Source of the DNA: an uncultured Desulfosarcina sp.
GTDB taxonomy: Bacteria > Desulfobacterota > Desulfobacteria > Desulfobacterales > Desulfosarcinaceae
Assembly: GCA_963674945.2 (NCBI GenBank)
Contig: CAXXWQ010000003.1
Location: 2,464,001-2,528,000, forward strand
Length of the DNA: 64,000 nt
Direction of reading: 5' to 3'
The notes beneath the pieces were generated by a model. That model worked only from the letters and a program-made list of their open reading frames with translations, ran no database searches and was not told where the DNA came from. Shown here in pieces: positions 20,324-31,226 of this stretch (position 1 is the stretch's first letter; the number at the start of each line of letters is the position of its first letter). A program made the position numbers and the translations under genes.

Positions 20324-23300
20324 TCATGAAAGCATTTCTTTTATTATCTGCCCCAACTGCTGGATTGTATAGGGTTTTTTCAGGTATTTTCCCGCGCCCA
20401 GTCCCTGGGCTTCACTGACGGCCGCCGTTTCGGAAAAACCGCTGACGATGATTGCCTTCTGGTCCGGATGAATCTTGCTGACCTGTCTGTAGGTTTCCAA
20501 TCCGTTCATGTTTGGGTCCATGATCATGTCCAGCAGTAACAAATCCACACGATGATCCGTCAGGTAGGCCACTGCCTCTTCTCCGCTTGCTGCCGAGTGG
20601 GGCGTATATCCCAATCGTCGCAGCATATCGGCGGCAATTTCCCGCTGTATCGCCACGTCGTCGACAACGAGAACCGTCTCCCCGTTTCCCTGGATGTCCG
20701 AGATATCTGATTGGGGTGGATTTTCGATGATATCATGACGTGTCGCCGGCAGATAGATTTCGATGGTCGTGCCCTTATCCACGGCGCTCTGAATTTCGAT
20801 GTAACCGTTATGATCTTTCACCGTTCCCCAAACGACTGCCATTCCCAATCCGGTTCCACTTCTTCCCATTTTTTTCTTTGTATAAAAGGGCTCGAAAATC
20901 CGTTCCAGGTCTTCCTCTTCGATCCCGGAACCGGTATCGGTAATTCGAAGAACCGTGTAATCTCCCTCTTGCACCTCTTCATATCCTTTTATGGGGAGAT
21001 CCACGTATCGGTTCGTAGTGGCCAGACGGACCTCTCCGCCACCGGGCATTGCCTCAACCGCATTGGCCAGCAGATTCATGATCATCTTGGAGAGGTGGAC
21101 GGGAGAACCGTTGCAATTCAGCAGCGTTTTGCAAAGGGAAATTTCGATCCGAACATCCGGGTGGGTTTGCATCATCTGTTGGTATTCGGGAGACCGGAGG
21201 AACTGATCGATCGCATCATTCAAGTTGACCGGTTCCATCACCGCCACGCCGCGCCGGGCCAGCGTCAGCAGGTCCTGAACGATGGCGGTTGCCCGCAGCC
21301 CGGAGTCTCGAATGGTTTCCACCGGTCTTCGAAGAGGATGATCGGCCGGCATGTCCAGCAGCAAGAGGTCGGGATATCCGACTATGCCACCGAGTACATT
21401 GTTGAGGTCGTGTGCCACACCACCGGCCAGGGTGCCCAGGGCTTCCATCTTTTCGGCACGTCTGATGCGGGCCATTAAGCGCTGTTTTTCTTGTGCGGCC
21501 TCCTTTTGCTCGGTTATGTCGATGGCCATCTCGTAGCGAACCATTTGTCCATCGGGCCATTGAATGGCCTTGTCGATGCAGCGTGCCCACATGCCGTTTA
21601 TCGGATTGTGGTACTCCCAGATATGTGCCCGGCCCATCTTTTCGCCAAAAATAATGGAATTCGTGCAAAAAGAACAGGGTTCTTCCAGATTTTGAATTAC
21701 CTCGTAGCATTTTTTCCCCAAAGCGTCGGGCCAATATTTTTTAAAGGCCTCGTTGACATACAGTAGTTCGTAATTGTCCGGGGAACTGATATAGATGATT
21801 TCATCGATACTGTCGAAGACGGAGAGAAGTTGCTGCCGCTCGAAATCAAGCGCCTGTTCCGCACGCTTTCTCCTGGCAATGTCTTCTTGCAGTCGCCGGT
21901 TGGCCCGGGCCAACGCCTGTGTTCTCTCTTCGACGGTTTTTTCCAGTAAATTTCTATGCTCGGCGAGTTGTTCCTTGGCCTTTCTTGTAGATGCTTCTGC
22001 GGCATTGGCATGCCGGACCTGTGCCTCGAGGTCGTCATGGAGCGTCTTCAGGTCTTGCGACATGGATTGAAAACCGTTTGAGAGTTCATCCAGTTCAATT
22101 ACGGTGCTGCCTTCCATCCGGGTTTGATATGTACCAGTGGCAAGGCCTTGGATGGCACGGGCCAACCCGCCGATAGGCCTGGCGATTTTTTCGGACATCT
22201 TTCGGGTATTGTTCGCCAGGTACAGGAAAAAAAGGATATAAAAAAGAAACATGAACCCGACTGCGGCGTATCCCGCCTGACGGACACGGTGCTCCAATCG
22301 GGAAATGGGCCGCAAAATGTTTGTCCGGTCCGCAATGACCATCAGCTTCCAACCGGTTTTCAGCACCGTATTCTGGCAAAGGACGTATCGGTGCCCATCG
22401 AGAGAAAACGTGATGGAACCGCTATTTTGCCCCATCAATTCGGACAGGGAGATATGGACGGATGATAGAACCGATGCCAGCAGGTTGAATGACGTTGGTT
22501 TATGGGTATCCTGCTGAACCTTGTCCAGGTATTTGAATTCGTCGAGTTCATCGATACCAAAAATATGCTCCACACTGGGCGGCATGGCCATGATCGTTCC
22601 CTCTTCATCCACCAGAAACGCATGGGATTGCCATGGAAGATCAAGGGATAGAAGGTTGCCGATAAAATTCTTAACGGTGATGTCGATTCCGGCGACACCT
22701 TCGAGAAAATCGTTCCTGTATATGGGGACCAGGCATGACATCATCCATCCCATGCCCATGGGGTCGAGATACGCCGCCGTCCAGACCGGGCCCGCCTCCG
22801 GGTTATGTTCCTTGTCTGCCATGTAGTAAAAATTATATTCGGGGATATTCATGTCCGGTGGAAGCTGTTCATGAACATCTTCGAAAAAGGGATAATAGCG
22901 TGACATGGAATCGAAGGTGTTGAGATAGACGGCAACGATATTCCTATTCGTCTCGTATAGCCCCTTATAGAATGGATCCAGCGCCTCGCTCCGTTGCGCC
23001 TTCTCCTTTTCCTTCGGACCGATGCTGTTTCGATTGGAATAAAAGAGGCTGCACCCCCCGTCGTTGTCACGTTTGTAATAGACACCCTCGGGTGAAAATT
23101 CGAATCGGGGAATGGTATGGACGGTGGGGAACGTATCCGGTTGCTGAAAAAAACGAGTCGTCGTCGACTGCAGGACCTTGGAAAGGTCAGCCACAGAACG
23201 AAGCTGTTCATCGATGATTCTCGCCTGACTTTCGGTGATGCCCATCAGGTGGGACAGCCGGTCATGGCCAAGGGTTTCGATGGACCGATCCAATAGATAG

Positions 23301-23485
23301 GCATTCATCAGGAAATAAAGGGCCAGTAGGGTGACCTCGATAATCAGTAAGGGGAGAAGCGCGGCCTTGAAAAATTCCCGGGAAATGAATTTTCGTAACG
23401 GAATTTTCCTTTTCGAACTCATACCATTCGTATGGACAGTGGCAACCTTCCCATTGGAAGCGGAGATTTCACGGCGATTTGGCAT
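20324..23485 (-). CDS. Hybrid sensor histidine kinase (TM-dCache-TM-HAMP-PAS-HisKA-HATPase-REC)
   Basis: WTAAYLDPMG Cache motif, GGVAHDLNNVL H-box, GTGLGMA G-box, LVVDD...LLDMIM...KKPY receiver; start may be 23422. Confidence 0.92.
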   Translation of the reverse strand: MPNRREISASNGKVATVHTNGMSSKRKIPLRKFISREFFKAALLPLLIIEVTLLALYFLMNAYLLDRSIETLGHDRLSHLMGITESQARIIDEQLRSVADLSKVLQSTTTRFFQQPDTFPTVHTIPRFEFSPEGVYYKRDNDGGCSLFYSNRNSIGPKEKEKAQRSEALDPFYKGLYETNRNIVAVYLNTFDSMSRYYPFFEDVHEQLPPDMNIPEYNFYYMADKEHNPEAGPVWTAAYLDPMGMGWMMSCLVPIYRNDFLEGVAGIDITVKNFIGNLLSLDLPWQSHAFLVDEEGTIMAMPPSVEHIFGIDELDEFKYLDKVQQDTHKPTSFNLLASVLSSVHISLSELMGQNSGSITFSLDGHRYVLCQNTVLKTGWKLMVIADRTNILRPISRLEHRVRQAGYAAVGFMFLFYILFFLYLANNTRKMSEKIARPIGGLARAIQGLATGTYQTRMEGSTVIELDELSNGFQSMSQDLKTLHDDLEAQVRHANAAEASTRKAKEQLAEHRNLLEKTVEERTQALARANRRLQEDIARRKRAEQALDFERQQLLSVFDSIDEIIYISSPDNYELLYVNEAFKKYWPDALGKKCYEVIQNLEEPCSFCTNSIIFGEKMGRAHIWEYHNPINGMWARCIDKAIQWPDGQMVRYEMAIDITEQKEAAQEKQRLMARIRRAEKMEALGTLAGGVAHDLNNVLGGIVGYPDLLLLDMPADHPLRRPVETIRDSGLRATAIVQDLLTLARRGVAVMEPVNLNDAIDQFLRSPEYQQMMQTHPDVRIEISLCKTLLNCNGSPVHLSKMIMNLLANAVEAMPGGGEVRLATTNRYVDLPIKGYEEVQEGDYTVLRITDTGSGIEEEDLERIFEPFYTKKKMGRSGTGLGMAVVWGTVKDHNGYIEIQSAVDKGTTIEIYLPATRHDIIENPPQSDISDIQGNGETVLVVDDVAIQREIAADMLRRLGYTPHSAASGEEAVAYLTDHRVDLLLLDMIMDPNMNGLETYRQVSKIHPDQKAIIVSGFSETAAVSEAQGLGAGKYLKKPYTIQQLGQIIKEMLS

Positions 23486-23741
23486 AAATTCGATTCGAGT
23501 CGTTTACAGGTGGTGATGGTGCGAGTTCACATAGGATATGATGTACCGTTCGACTTTATTTATCAAGTCTAACGTCTTTTGTAAACGAAGTTATATCCCT
23601 CGCAAAATTCAGGTGGTAATGAATCCTTGTTTACCCTTTCCGCTTCCTGTTGTAAATGTGTACATGTATCCATTACAAAGATGCACCAGTTCCAGCACGC
23701 AACGGCGTTCGATCCCCTTTCCCATCTGACAGGAGGTTGCC

Positions 23742-24551
23742 ATGGCACCGAAACACCCGGCTAACTACGACGCGCTTGACCGTCCGGAGGTCTTGCGGGT
23801 TCTGTTTCATCCACGAAAAGTATTCGGTATCCCGGTTCAACAAGATGGATGCGAAGACATTCGGATTCCCGTCGAGGACGATATTCATGTTGGGGCACGC
23901 TTTCATGTACCCCATACGGATGCGCCATTGATTCTCTTTTTTCATGGAAATGGTGAAATCGCGCACGACTATGATGATATTGGCCCCTTGTTCAATAAAA
24001 TGAATATCAATTTCATCGTAGCCGATTATCGCGGATACGGCATCTCCGATGGAAGCCCCTCTGTTTCGGCCATGATGACCGATTGCCACCGCATCCTGTC
24101 GTTTGTTGAAAAATGGAGGAAAGAGAGAGGTGGGACCGGCGCGCTCATCGTCATGGGACGATCCTTGGGAAGCGCACCGGCATTGACGTTGGCCGCCACC
24201 CATGAAGATCGGATTGACGGCCTGATCATTGAGAGTGGCTTTGCCTGGGCAAAACCCCTGCTGAAATTGTTGGGAGTGCCCACGAGAAGCATCGATTTTG
24301 AAGAGGAGAAAGGATTCTCAAACCTCGAAAAGATACGCAACGTTTCCAAACCGACACTCATCATACATGCGGAATATGACCATATCATTCCCTTTGACGA
24401 CGGCAAGGCGCTATTCGATGCCAGCAATGCCGAGAAAAAACGTATGCTGCCGATTTTCGGTGCCAACCACAACGATATCTTTGTTCGTGGTCTTGAAAGC
24501 TATATGGAAGCGATTGGGAACTTGGCCGATCTGTGCAGCGGTCTCACATAG
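23742..24551 (+). CDS. Alpha/beta hydrolase (ABHD13/BEM46-like)
   Basis: FFHGNGE, DYRGYG, GRSLGS nucleophile elbow, HAEYDHII, GANHND. Confidence 0.9.
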   Translation: MAPKHPANYDALDRPEVLRVLFHPRKVFGIPVQQDGCEDIRIPVEDDIHVGARFHVPHTDAPLILFFHGNGEIAHDYDDIGPLFNKMNINFIVADYRGYGISDGSPSVSAMMTDCHRILSFVEKWRKERGGTGALIVMGRSLGSAPALTLAATHEDRIDGLIIESGFAWAKPLLKLLGVPTRSIDFEEEKGFSNLEKIRNVSKPTLIIHAEYDHIIPFDDGKALFDASNAEKKRMLPIFGANHNDIFVRGLESYMEAIGNLADLCSGLT

Positions 24552-24620
24552 TTGGATCCGGTGTTTCGTTTCTGATTTGCTCAGGGCACCCACTCCCGTC
24601 TGACCTGGCATGAATGATCA

Positions 24621-24812
24621 TTACTCTGCGATTGTCTCTTTTACCTGAAGGCCTTCCAAACGAAGTTTTGCCGCTTCGCAAACGGTTGGTTCTTCATCTT
24701 TGTCGGCGATCTGTTGCAGCAATTTGATATCTTTAATTCTCTCCACCGCCCGCATGCGGACATTCGGATTGGAATTTTGCCAACGGGGAACGAAAATATC
24801 GGAAAATTTCAT
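24621..24812 (-). CDS. Small helical (HEAT-like) hypothetical protein, 63 aa
   Basis: ATG 24812 behind strong SD AAGGAGGGGT; PRWQNSNPNVRMRAVERI...VCEAAKLRL. Confidence 0.7.
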   Translation of the reverse strand: MKFSDIFVPRWQNSNPNVRMRAVERIKDIKLLQQIADKDEEPTVCEAAKLRLEGLQVKETIAE

Positions 24813-25323
24813 TTTACCCCTCCTTTGTAAAAAACATGAAGTCGCATCATGGAAAAACTTGACGAATGTATGGATAGGGGACATCTTTCGGTCGCTCCCG
24901 GAACGCCTTGCGGTCTCCGGGAGCCGGACGGGCACATTTTCATGGTATTCTTCATGATCGAAAACCTATTTTGCCTGAAAGAAAAGCATGATCGTTACGG
25001 CATCAGGCGAAATTCAATGAAGAAATGCGTATTGGCAGAAAAGGAACCAACAAAAGTCTGGTGAGCACAGTTTGTGTTATTAATACATTACCTTAAAAAT
25101 ATTTTCAACCTCTGTCAAGGCATGTTTTCATTCGTCGTTTTCAATCTTTGACCAACAAGGAAGGGAGGAGGAAATTTTCCTCCTGTCGGCTCTCCCGGTA
25201 CAGTATTCGAGTGTGTGTTTGAAGATCATGTGGGTTTTTTCGTAGATTAAAGTTCTTGCGCCCAAACCCGAAAAGTGGTTAATAGTCGAATAATACCAAG
25301 GATTCTTATAGTATAGCCAAGCG

Positions 25324-26973
25324 ATGACGCCTCCCAACTCATCCTCGTCCATGGTCACTGAAGACCGCCTTCCTGCCCTGGCAAGAGCAAGCTGTATCAT
25401 CTTGCTCTTGGACAAAGAGGGGCGTGTGGTGTTCGTGAATCCCTTTGCAATCAAATACTTCGGATACAACGCGGTGGAGTTGGTCGGCCGACATGCCGTT
25501 GAAACGATTTTCGAAGCAACCCAGGGAGGTGAAACCGATCCGGCATCGATGATCGACGAATTGTTGCAACAGTCCGATGACGTTTCCCATCGCATCGTCG
25601 AAAATCGATTGAAAAATGGAAAGCGTGTGTGCGTACTGTGGTTCAGCCAGGTCTTTCGCAACAATTCCGATCTGATCGATCATATCTTTTGTATCGGCAA
25701 TGATATCACCTTTTTCAAATCCACCGAAAAACTCCGGTTTGTGGCAAAGGAACAATTGGCGGAAAAGATACAGGAACAGAACACCTCGTTGAAAAAGGCC
25801 AGGCATTTACTTCAAAAAGAAGTCGAGAAGAGGCAAAAAGCACAGCAGGCGTTAGAAGAGACCGATGATCGATACCGACTTTACAGACAGGCATGCACAG
25901 AAGGAATCCTGTTCCACCATAACGGAACCATTATCGAAGCCAACAACGCTTTTGCCCAACTGGTGGAATGTCCCCTTCATGAGCTTATGGGGACGAACAT
26001 CTTCGACCGGTTTTTCGTGGAAGACGACTTCGGACAAGCCCGAAAAAACTTGCTTTCCGAAACCAAGACAATGGGTGAAATCACCATGCGCACAACTTCC
26101 GGTCGAACCTTTCTCGCGGAATTTCAAACCCACCCGGGACGAATGGGCAAGCGTTCCTACGTCATGGTAACCATACAGGACATCACGCATCGAAAAAAAT
26201 CGGAACAAAAGTTGATTCAATCGCAAAAGATGGAGGCGATTGGCACATTGGCCGGAGGCATCACCCATGATTTCAATAATATGCTTGCCGGGATTTTGGG
26301 AAACGTAGATATTCTTCGCCATCAGCTTTCTCCCGACAGCCAGCATAACAAATACCTGACCATCATCGAAGGGATCATTGAACGCGGTTCGAAGCTTTGC
26401 AACCAGATTTTGGGGTATGCACGGGGAGGAAAATCGGAGAGTACGGAAATCTACCTCGATGCGCTGATAAAAGAGTCTCTCGAGATGCTCTCCCATGCAC
26501 ACCGCAAGATTCACATCGAGACCTGTTTCCAACCCGACACCCCTTCGGTAAAGGGAGATCGAACCCAGATCGAACAAGTCTTGCTGAACCTGATCATCAA
26601 CGCCGTGCATGCCATGCCTTCCGGTGGTCGACTTCATATCGAAACCCGGGCCACAGAACTAACCGACAAAGTGATACGGCCGTATGAAATCATCCCCGGT
26701 CATTACGCCGCGCTGTCGATACAAGACACCGGACACGGAATGGACAAAGAGACCCAAAAAATGATCTTCGAGCCCTTTTTCACCACAAAGCCCCAGGGCC
26801 AAGGCACCGGCCTCGGCCTTGCGTCCACCTATGGCATCATAAAAAATCATAAGGGGTATATCGAAGTCGAAAGCAGACCCGGTAAGGGAACTCGGTTCGA
26901 CGTGCTATTGCCGGCATGGGCTGACGAGATGCATGACACGGATGCCGGCGTATCTTCTGTGATGGGGCGTTAA
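25324..26973 (+). CDS. Cytoplasmic PAS-PAS sensor histidine kinase
   Basis: Two PAS/PAC segments, QKMEAIGTLAGGITHDFNNML, EPFFTTK, GTGLGLA; no receiver domain. Confidence 0.9.
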   Translation: MTPPNSSSSMVTEDRLPALARASCIILLLDKEGRVVFVNPFAIKYFGYNAVELVGRHAVETIFEATQGGETDPASMIDELLQQSDDVSHRIVENRLKNGKRVCVLWFSQVFRNNSDLIDHIFCIGNDITFFKSTEKLRFVAKEQLAEKIQEQNTSLKKARHLLQKEVEKRQKAQQALEETDDRYRLYRQACTEGILFHHNGTIIEANNAFAQLVECPLHELMGTNIFDRFFVEDDFGQARKNLLSETKTMGEITMRTTSGRTFLAEFQTHPGRMGKRSYVMVTIQDITHRKKSEQKLIQSQKMEAIGTLAGGITHDFNNMLAGILGNVDILRHQLSPDSQHNKYLTIIEGIIERGSKLCNQILGYARGGKSESTEIYLDALIKESLEMLSHAHRKIHIETCFQPDTPSVKGDRTQIEQVLLNLIINAVHAMPSGGRLHIETRATELTDKVIRPYEIIPGHYAALSIQDTGHGMDKETQKMIFEPFFTTKPQGQGTGLGLASTYGIIKNHKGYIEVESRPGKGTRFDVLLPAWADEMHDTDAGVSSVMGR

Positions 26974-27032
26974 TGTGGGTTGCGATGTGCTACGAACCAT
27001 GAAGATTCGGATCCTTTTATGGATGATGCGCC

Positions 27033-28010
27033 ATGAAGATCCATGATATTGGTGGTGAGTTTGCGCTGATCCGCCATCTGTCGGAAAAGGCTCCCACTTC
27101 CCATTCGGATTTGACGATGGGAATCGGAGACGATGCCGCCGTCATCGCCGGCTGTTTTCCCAATGGTGATTCTCTTCTGGTTACGACGGACATGTTGATG
27201 GAAGGCAGCCATTTTCGCTGCGACTGGTCCTCTGCTTTTCAGATCGGCATCAAGTCTGCAATCTGTAACCTCAGCGACATCGCCGCCATGGGGGGGTGGC
27301 CCACATTCATCTTCGTATCCATTTCCTTGCCCCCCGATACCGAAGTCTCCTGGGTTCAGGACCTTTACGATGGAATATTTGATGCCTCTCGTCGCTACGA
27401 CGTTGTTCTCGCGGGAGGAGATACGACACATGGAGATCGGATCACTATCAGTATCACGCTCTTGGGAAGGGTATCACCGGGCCAATTGTGTCTGCGGAGC
27501 CAAGCAAGACCGGGCGACCTATTATGCGTCACCGGTCATCTGGGTGGTGCGGCGGCGGGATTGGCCATGTTGATGAAAGGGATGGATGTCCCGGCATACC
27601 TTTTAAAAAAGCATCGAACACCCCAGTGTCGCTTGGATGTCTCTCCCACGATTGCCACGGTGGCCCATGCCATGATCGACATCAGCGACGGACTGGCCGC
27701 CGAGGTGCTGCATATCTGCGAGCAAAGCCGGACCGGCGCAGAAGTCATTGCCGCCGACATCCCCATCCATCCCCACGTCGAAGAGGCGGCAAGACATACC
27801 GGAAGAGACCCCATGGATTTTGCATTGACAGGAGGAGAGGATTTCGAGCTCCTTTTTTCCCTCCCGCCCGAAAAACTGCCATTCCTGAAAGAAAAAGGGA
27901 TTCAGGTCGTTGTCGTCGGGTGCATCACCGAAGCCGATGCAGGACGAGACCTCGTTCTTTCCGATGGAAACCGCAGGGCCCTTTCCGGTGGGTACAACCA
28001 TTTTCAATAA
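27033..28010 (+). CDS. thiL: Thiamine-monophosphate kinase
   Basis: GEFALI, GIGDDAA, NLSDIAAMGG, GGDTT, MIDISDGL, TGGEDFELLF. Confidence 0.96.
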   Translation: MKIHDIGGEFALIRHLSEKAPTSHSDLTMGIGDDAAVIAGCFPNGDSLLVTTDMLMEGSHFRCDWSSAFQIGIKSAICNLSDIAAMGGWPTFIFVSISLPPDTEVSWVQDLYDGIFDASRRYDVVLAGGDTTHGDRITISITLLGRVSPGQLCLRSQARPGDLLCVTGHLGGAAAGLAMLMKGMDVPAYLLKKHRTPQCRLDVSPTIATVAHAMIDISDGLAAEVLHICEQSRTGAEVIAADIPIHPHVEEAARHTGRDPMDFALTGGEDFELLFSLPPEKLPFLKEKGIQVVVVGCITEADAGRDLVLSDGNRRALSGGYNHFQ

Positions 28011-28115
28011 AAAGCTTTCCCCACTTCAGACCAGCGACAAAATAATGGAAGAACGAGCTTCTTTCGTAATACTGGCTTGGCCATTTTTGGCCTGGAAAAC
28101 CTTTTTGCGAAGCCG

Positions 28116-30014
28116 TCAGGACTGGGCCCGGGCGTCCAGCTCCTCCCATCGGTCAAACGCATCTTCAAGCTCCCGTTCCACCTGTGCCAGTTCGTCCTTC
28201 ACCGTTGCGATGCGATCCTTGTCCTGCTTATAGAAATCCGGATCTGACATGAATGCAAAAAGTTCGTTTTGCCGGGTTTCCAGGCATTCGATTTTTTCGG
28301 GAAGCCCGGCAAGTTCCCGTTTTTCCATATACCCGAGCCGTTTTGGCCTGTCGTTTGCGGGTGCTTTTTTGGATCGTTTCGTGGTGCTTCGCTTGGTGAT
28401 CGCCTGCGGAGCGACTGTGCGCTGGGCAATCCAGTCATCGTATCCGCCGGCATATCCTTCAACCTGTCCCGGACCTTCGAAAACCAGTGTGCTGGTCACC
28501 ACATTGTTGATAAACGAACGATCGTGGCTGACCAGGATCACCGTGCCATGAAAGTCCAGCAGTCGTTCCTCGAGAAGTTCCAATGTTTCCACGTCCAAAT
28601 CGTTGGTGGGTTCGTCAAGGACCAGAACATTGGCCGGTCGGGTGAAAAGCCTGGCAAGAAGCAATCGATTCTTCTCTCCGCCGGAAAGGACCCAGGCAGG
28701 GTTCCTCGAGCGTTGGGGGGAAAAGAGAAAATCCTTGAGATATCCGATCACGTGACGTTGCCTTCCTCCGACATCGATCATATCACCGTTTACCGCAATG
28801 TTTTCCTGAACGGTCTTGGCTTCATCCAATTGGTCGCGCATTTGATCGAAATAGACGATCTTGAGGTTTGTTCCCCGCTTGATCTCTCCGTCCTGGGGCG
28901 ATAATTCCCCCAGCAAGAGTCGGATCAGTGTCGATTTGCCCGCTCCGTTGGGGCCGATGATACCGACTCTGTCTCCCCGCAGAATCGTGCAGGAAAAATC
29001 CTTTACGATGATTCGATCGTCGTATCCAAAGGTCAGTTTTTCTGCCTCAACAACCTTTTTACCGCTTCGATCGGCTTCATCCAATGCCATTTTGACCCGA
29101 CCGGTGCGATCCCTGCGATTTTTCCGTATCTCGCGCATCTTCTGCAACGCTCGCACCCGCCCTTCATTCCGGGTGCGACGGGCTTTGATTCCCTTCCGGA
29201 TCCACTCTTCCTCGGCCGATAGCTTTTTGTCGAAGCGCCGATGGTCCTTCTCTTCGGCATCCAGACGATTCTGGCTTCGAATCAGATAGGTGTCGTAATC
29301 ACATTGCCAGGAATGCAACTGACCCCGATCAATCTCGACGATCCGGGTGGCCAGACGGCGAATCATCGTTCGGTCGTGGGTAATCAGAATCAGGGTTTTG
29401 TTCCAGGAAAGCAAAAATGCTTCCAACCATTCGATGGCAGACAGATCGAGGTGGTTGGTGGGTTCATCCAACAGCAAGAGATCCGGTTCTCTTGCCAGGG
29501 CCATGGCCAGTAAAACGCGGCGCTTCATTCCGGCGGAAAATGTATCGACACAGGCATCTTTCGGCAAGTGCATCCGGGACAGAATACGTTCCACGCGTTG
29601 TTGATTCTGCCATCCATCCTCACTATCGATGGTCTGCTGAAGGGTCGTCAATGCTTTCGTCGTTTCGAAGCTTGATTTTCCATCGGAGGCGCTTTCTTCT
29701 GACCATCGACGGAACTCGGCAAGCCGCTGTCCTCCCGGTCCCAACGATCGGCAGACGGCATCGAATACCGTTCCGGAAAGATCGTCGGGAACTTCCTGGG
29801 GCAGGCCGCCGACCACGAGACCCTGGGGTCGAATGACCTCGCCTTCGTCGGGAAGCTTGGTGCCGCCAATGATGTTCATCAGCGTTGTCTTCCCTGCGCC
29901 GTTTCTTCCCAGCAGGCAAACCCGTTCTCCGGAAGCAACCGTCAGGCTGACTCGATCCAAAAGCGGTTGGCCACCAAAATGCAATCCGACGTCGCGAAGG
30001 GTGATCAAGGCCAT
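28116..30014 (-). CDS. uup: ABC-F family ATPase Uup
   Basis: Two ABC domains, EEEWIRKGIKARRTRNEGRVRAL linker, C-terminal coiled coil ending AFDRWEEL. Confidence 0.93.
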   Translation of the reverse strand: MALITLRDVGLHFGGQPLLDRVSLTVASGERVCLLGRNGAGKTTLMNIIGGTKLPDEGEVIRPQGLVVGGLPQEVPDDLSGTVFDAVCRSLGPGGQRLAEFRRWSEESASDGKSSFETTKALTTLQQTIDSEDGWQNQQRVERILSRMHLPKDACVDTFSAGMKRRVLLAMALAREPDLLLLDEPTNHLDLSAIEWLEAFLLSWNKTLILITHDRTMIRRLATRIVEIDRGQLHSWQCDYDTYLIRSQNRLDAEEKDHRRFDKKLSAEEEWIRKGIKARRTRNEGRVRALQKMREIRKNRRDRTGRVKMALDEADRSGKKVVEAEKLTFGYDDRIIVKDFSCTILRGDRVGIIGPNGAGKSTLIRLLLGELSPQDGEIKRGTNLKIVYFDQMRDQLDEAKTVQENIAVNGDMIDVGGRQRHVIGYLKDFLFSPQRSRNPAWVLSGGEKNRLLLARLFTRPANVLVLDEPTNDLDVETLELLEERLLDFHGTVILVSHDRSFINNVVTSTLVFEGPGQVEGYAGGYDDWIAQRTVAPQAITKRSTTKRSKKAPANDRPKRLGYMEKRELAGLPEKIECLETRQNELFAFMSDPDFYKQDKDRIATVKDELAQVERELEDAFDRWEELDARAQS

Positions 30015-30026
30015 GGAATCATCGTT

Positions 30027-31166
30027 TCAATAGAGTTCATATTTCACCAGCCGGCCGTCCAGTCCACCGTTTCGCAGCGGCTTTTTCCAGGATGGTTTCA
30101 GTCCGATGTGCTTGATCATCTCGCGATTGCCGAAATAGACATATGCCTGCGATCCTTTGCATCGCCTTTTAAAAAAATCGCCCAGTTGCCGATACATATC
30201 CGTTATGTCCCCTTTGGCTTTCATGCGCACGCCATATGGCGGGTTACATAGAATGACCCGGTTTTCCAGATGATCGATATCCCTGAAATCCAACCTCAAA
30301 ATGTTGGTCCGTTTACCATCGGGGATCATCTTGCAGTTGTTCCTGGCGGCCGAAACAGCATCCGGATCGATGTCACTTCCGTATATGCAGCCGTCAGGTA
30401 ACTTTCGAATCCGGCTGTCCGCCTGCTCCTTGACGATTTTCCATGTCTTTTCCGAATAGTCGGGAAGACGCTGAAAACCGAAACGAGGTCGAAGATACCC
30501 TGCAGGGATCCGGCAATGGAACATGGCCGCTTCGATGATGAGGGTACCGGCACCACACATGGGATCGACCAGCGGCACGCTGCCGTTCCACTCGGAAAAG
30601 CGCACCATTGCGGCGGCCAGGGTTTCTTGCATTGGCGCCTTTACGCCGGAGACCCGATACCCCCGGCGATGCAGACTCCCGCCGGACGTATCGACGGCAA
30701 TGGTCCCCTTGCCTTTTCCAATGTGCAGATTCAACCACAGATCGGGCTCACGTGTGTCGACGTCCGGTCGCCTGCCGTATCGATCACGAAACTGGTCTGC
30801 CACGGCATCCTTTAGTTTCAATGCGGCATACTTCGAATGGGACACGGTACTCGAAGCAGTATTTGCAAAGACGGCGAAGGTTTGATCCGTGCGGATGAAG
30901 CGGTCCCAGGGTACCGTGCGTGCGAACCGGTAGATATCCTCCGCATCCATGCAGGCAAATGATGTTACAGGGGCAAGAATCCGGCTGCACAGCCGACTGC
31001 AATAGTTGATTCGGTAGAGCGTTGCCGGATCGGACTGGAAATAGATACCACGTCTACTGATCTTTATGTTGACAGCACCCAATTCGCCGAGTTCCTCTGC
31101 ACCGAGCGATTCCAGGCCCTCCAGAATCTGTGCGAAATAGGTTCCGTCTTTCTGATATGCGAACAA
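30027..31166 (-). CDS. THUMP-domain SAM-dependent rRNA methyltransferase (RlmL-like)
   Basis: SLHRRGYR, APMQETLAAAM, DPMCGAGT, CNPPYG; single MTase domain. Confidence 0.9.
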   Translation of the reverse strand: MFAYQKDGTYFAQILEGLESLGAEELGELGAVNIKISRRGIYFQSDPATLYRINYCSRLCSRILAPVTSFACMDAEDIYRFARTVPWDRFIRTDQTFAVFANTASSTVSHSKYAALKLKDAVADQFRDRYGRRPDVDTREPDLWLNLHIGKGKGTIAVDTSGGSLHRRGYRVSGVKAPMQETLAAAMVRFSEWNGSVPLVDPMCGAGTLIIEAAMFHCRIPAGYLRPRFGFQRLPDYSEKTWKIVKEQADSRIRKLPDGCIYGSDIDPDAVSAARNNCKMIPDGKRTNILRLDFRDIDHLENRVILCNPPYGVRMKAKGDITDMYRQLGDFFKRRCKGSQAYVYFGNREMIKHIGLKPSWKKPLRNGGLDGRLVKYELY

Positions 31167-31226
31167 ACTATCTGGTTTCCGGACCGATGGGGTCGGTCAT
31201 CTGAGTTGAAACGGTGTTAATAGAAG

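Noticed and set aside
25166..25184. Palindrome AGGAGGAAA-t-TTTCCTCCT upstream of the PAS kinase
   Set aside because: Single occurrence and low complexity; cannot be told from chance
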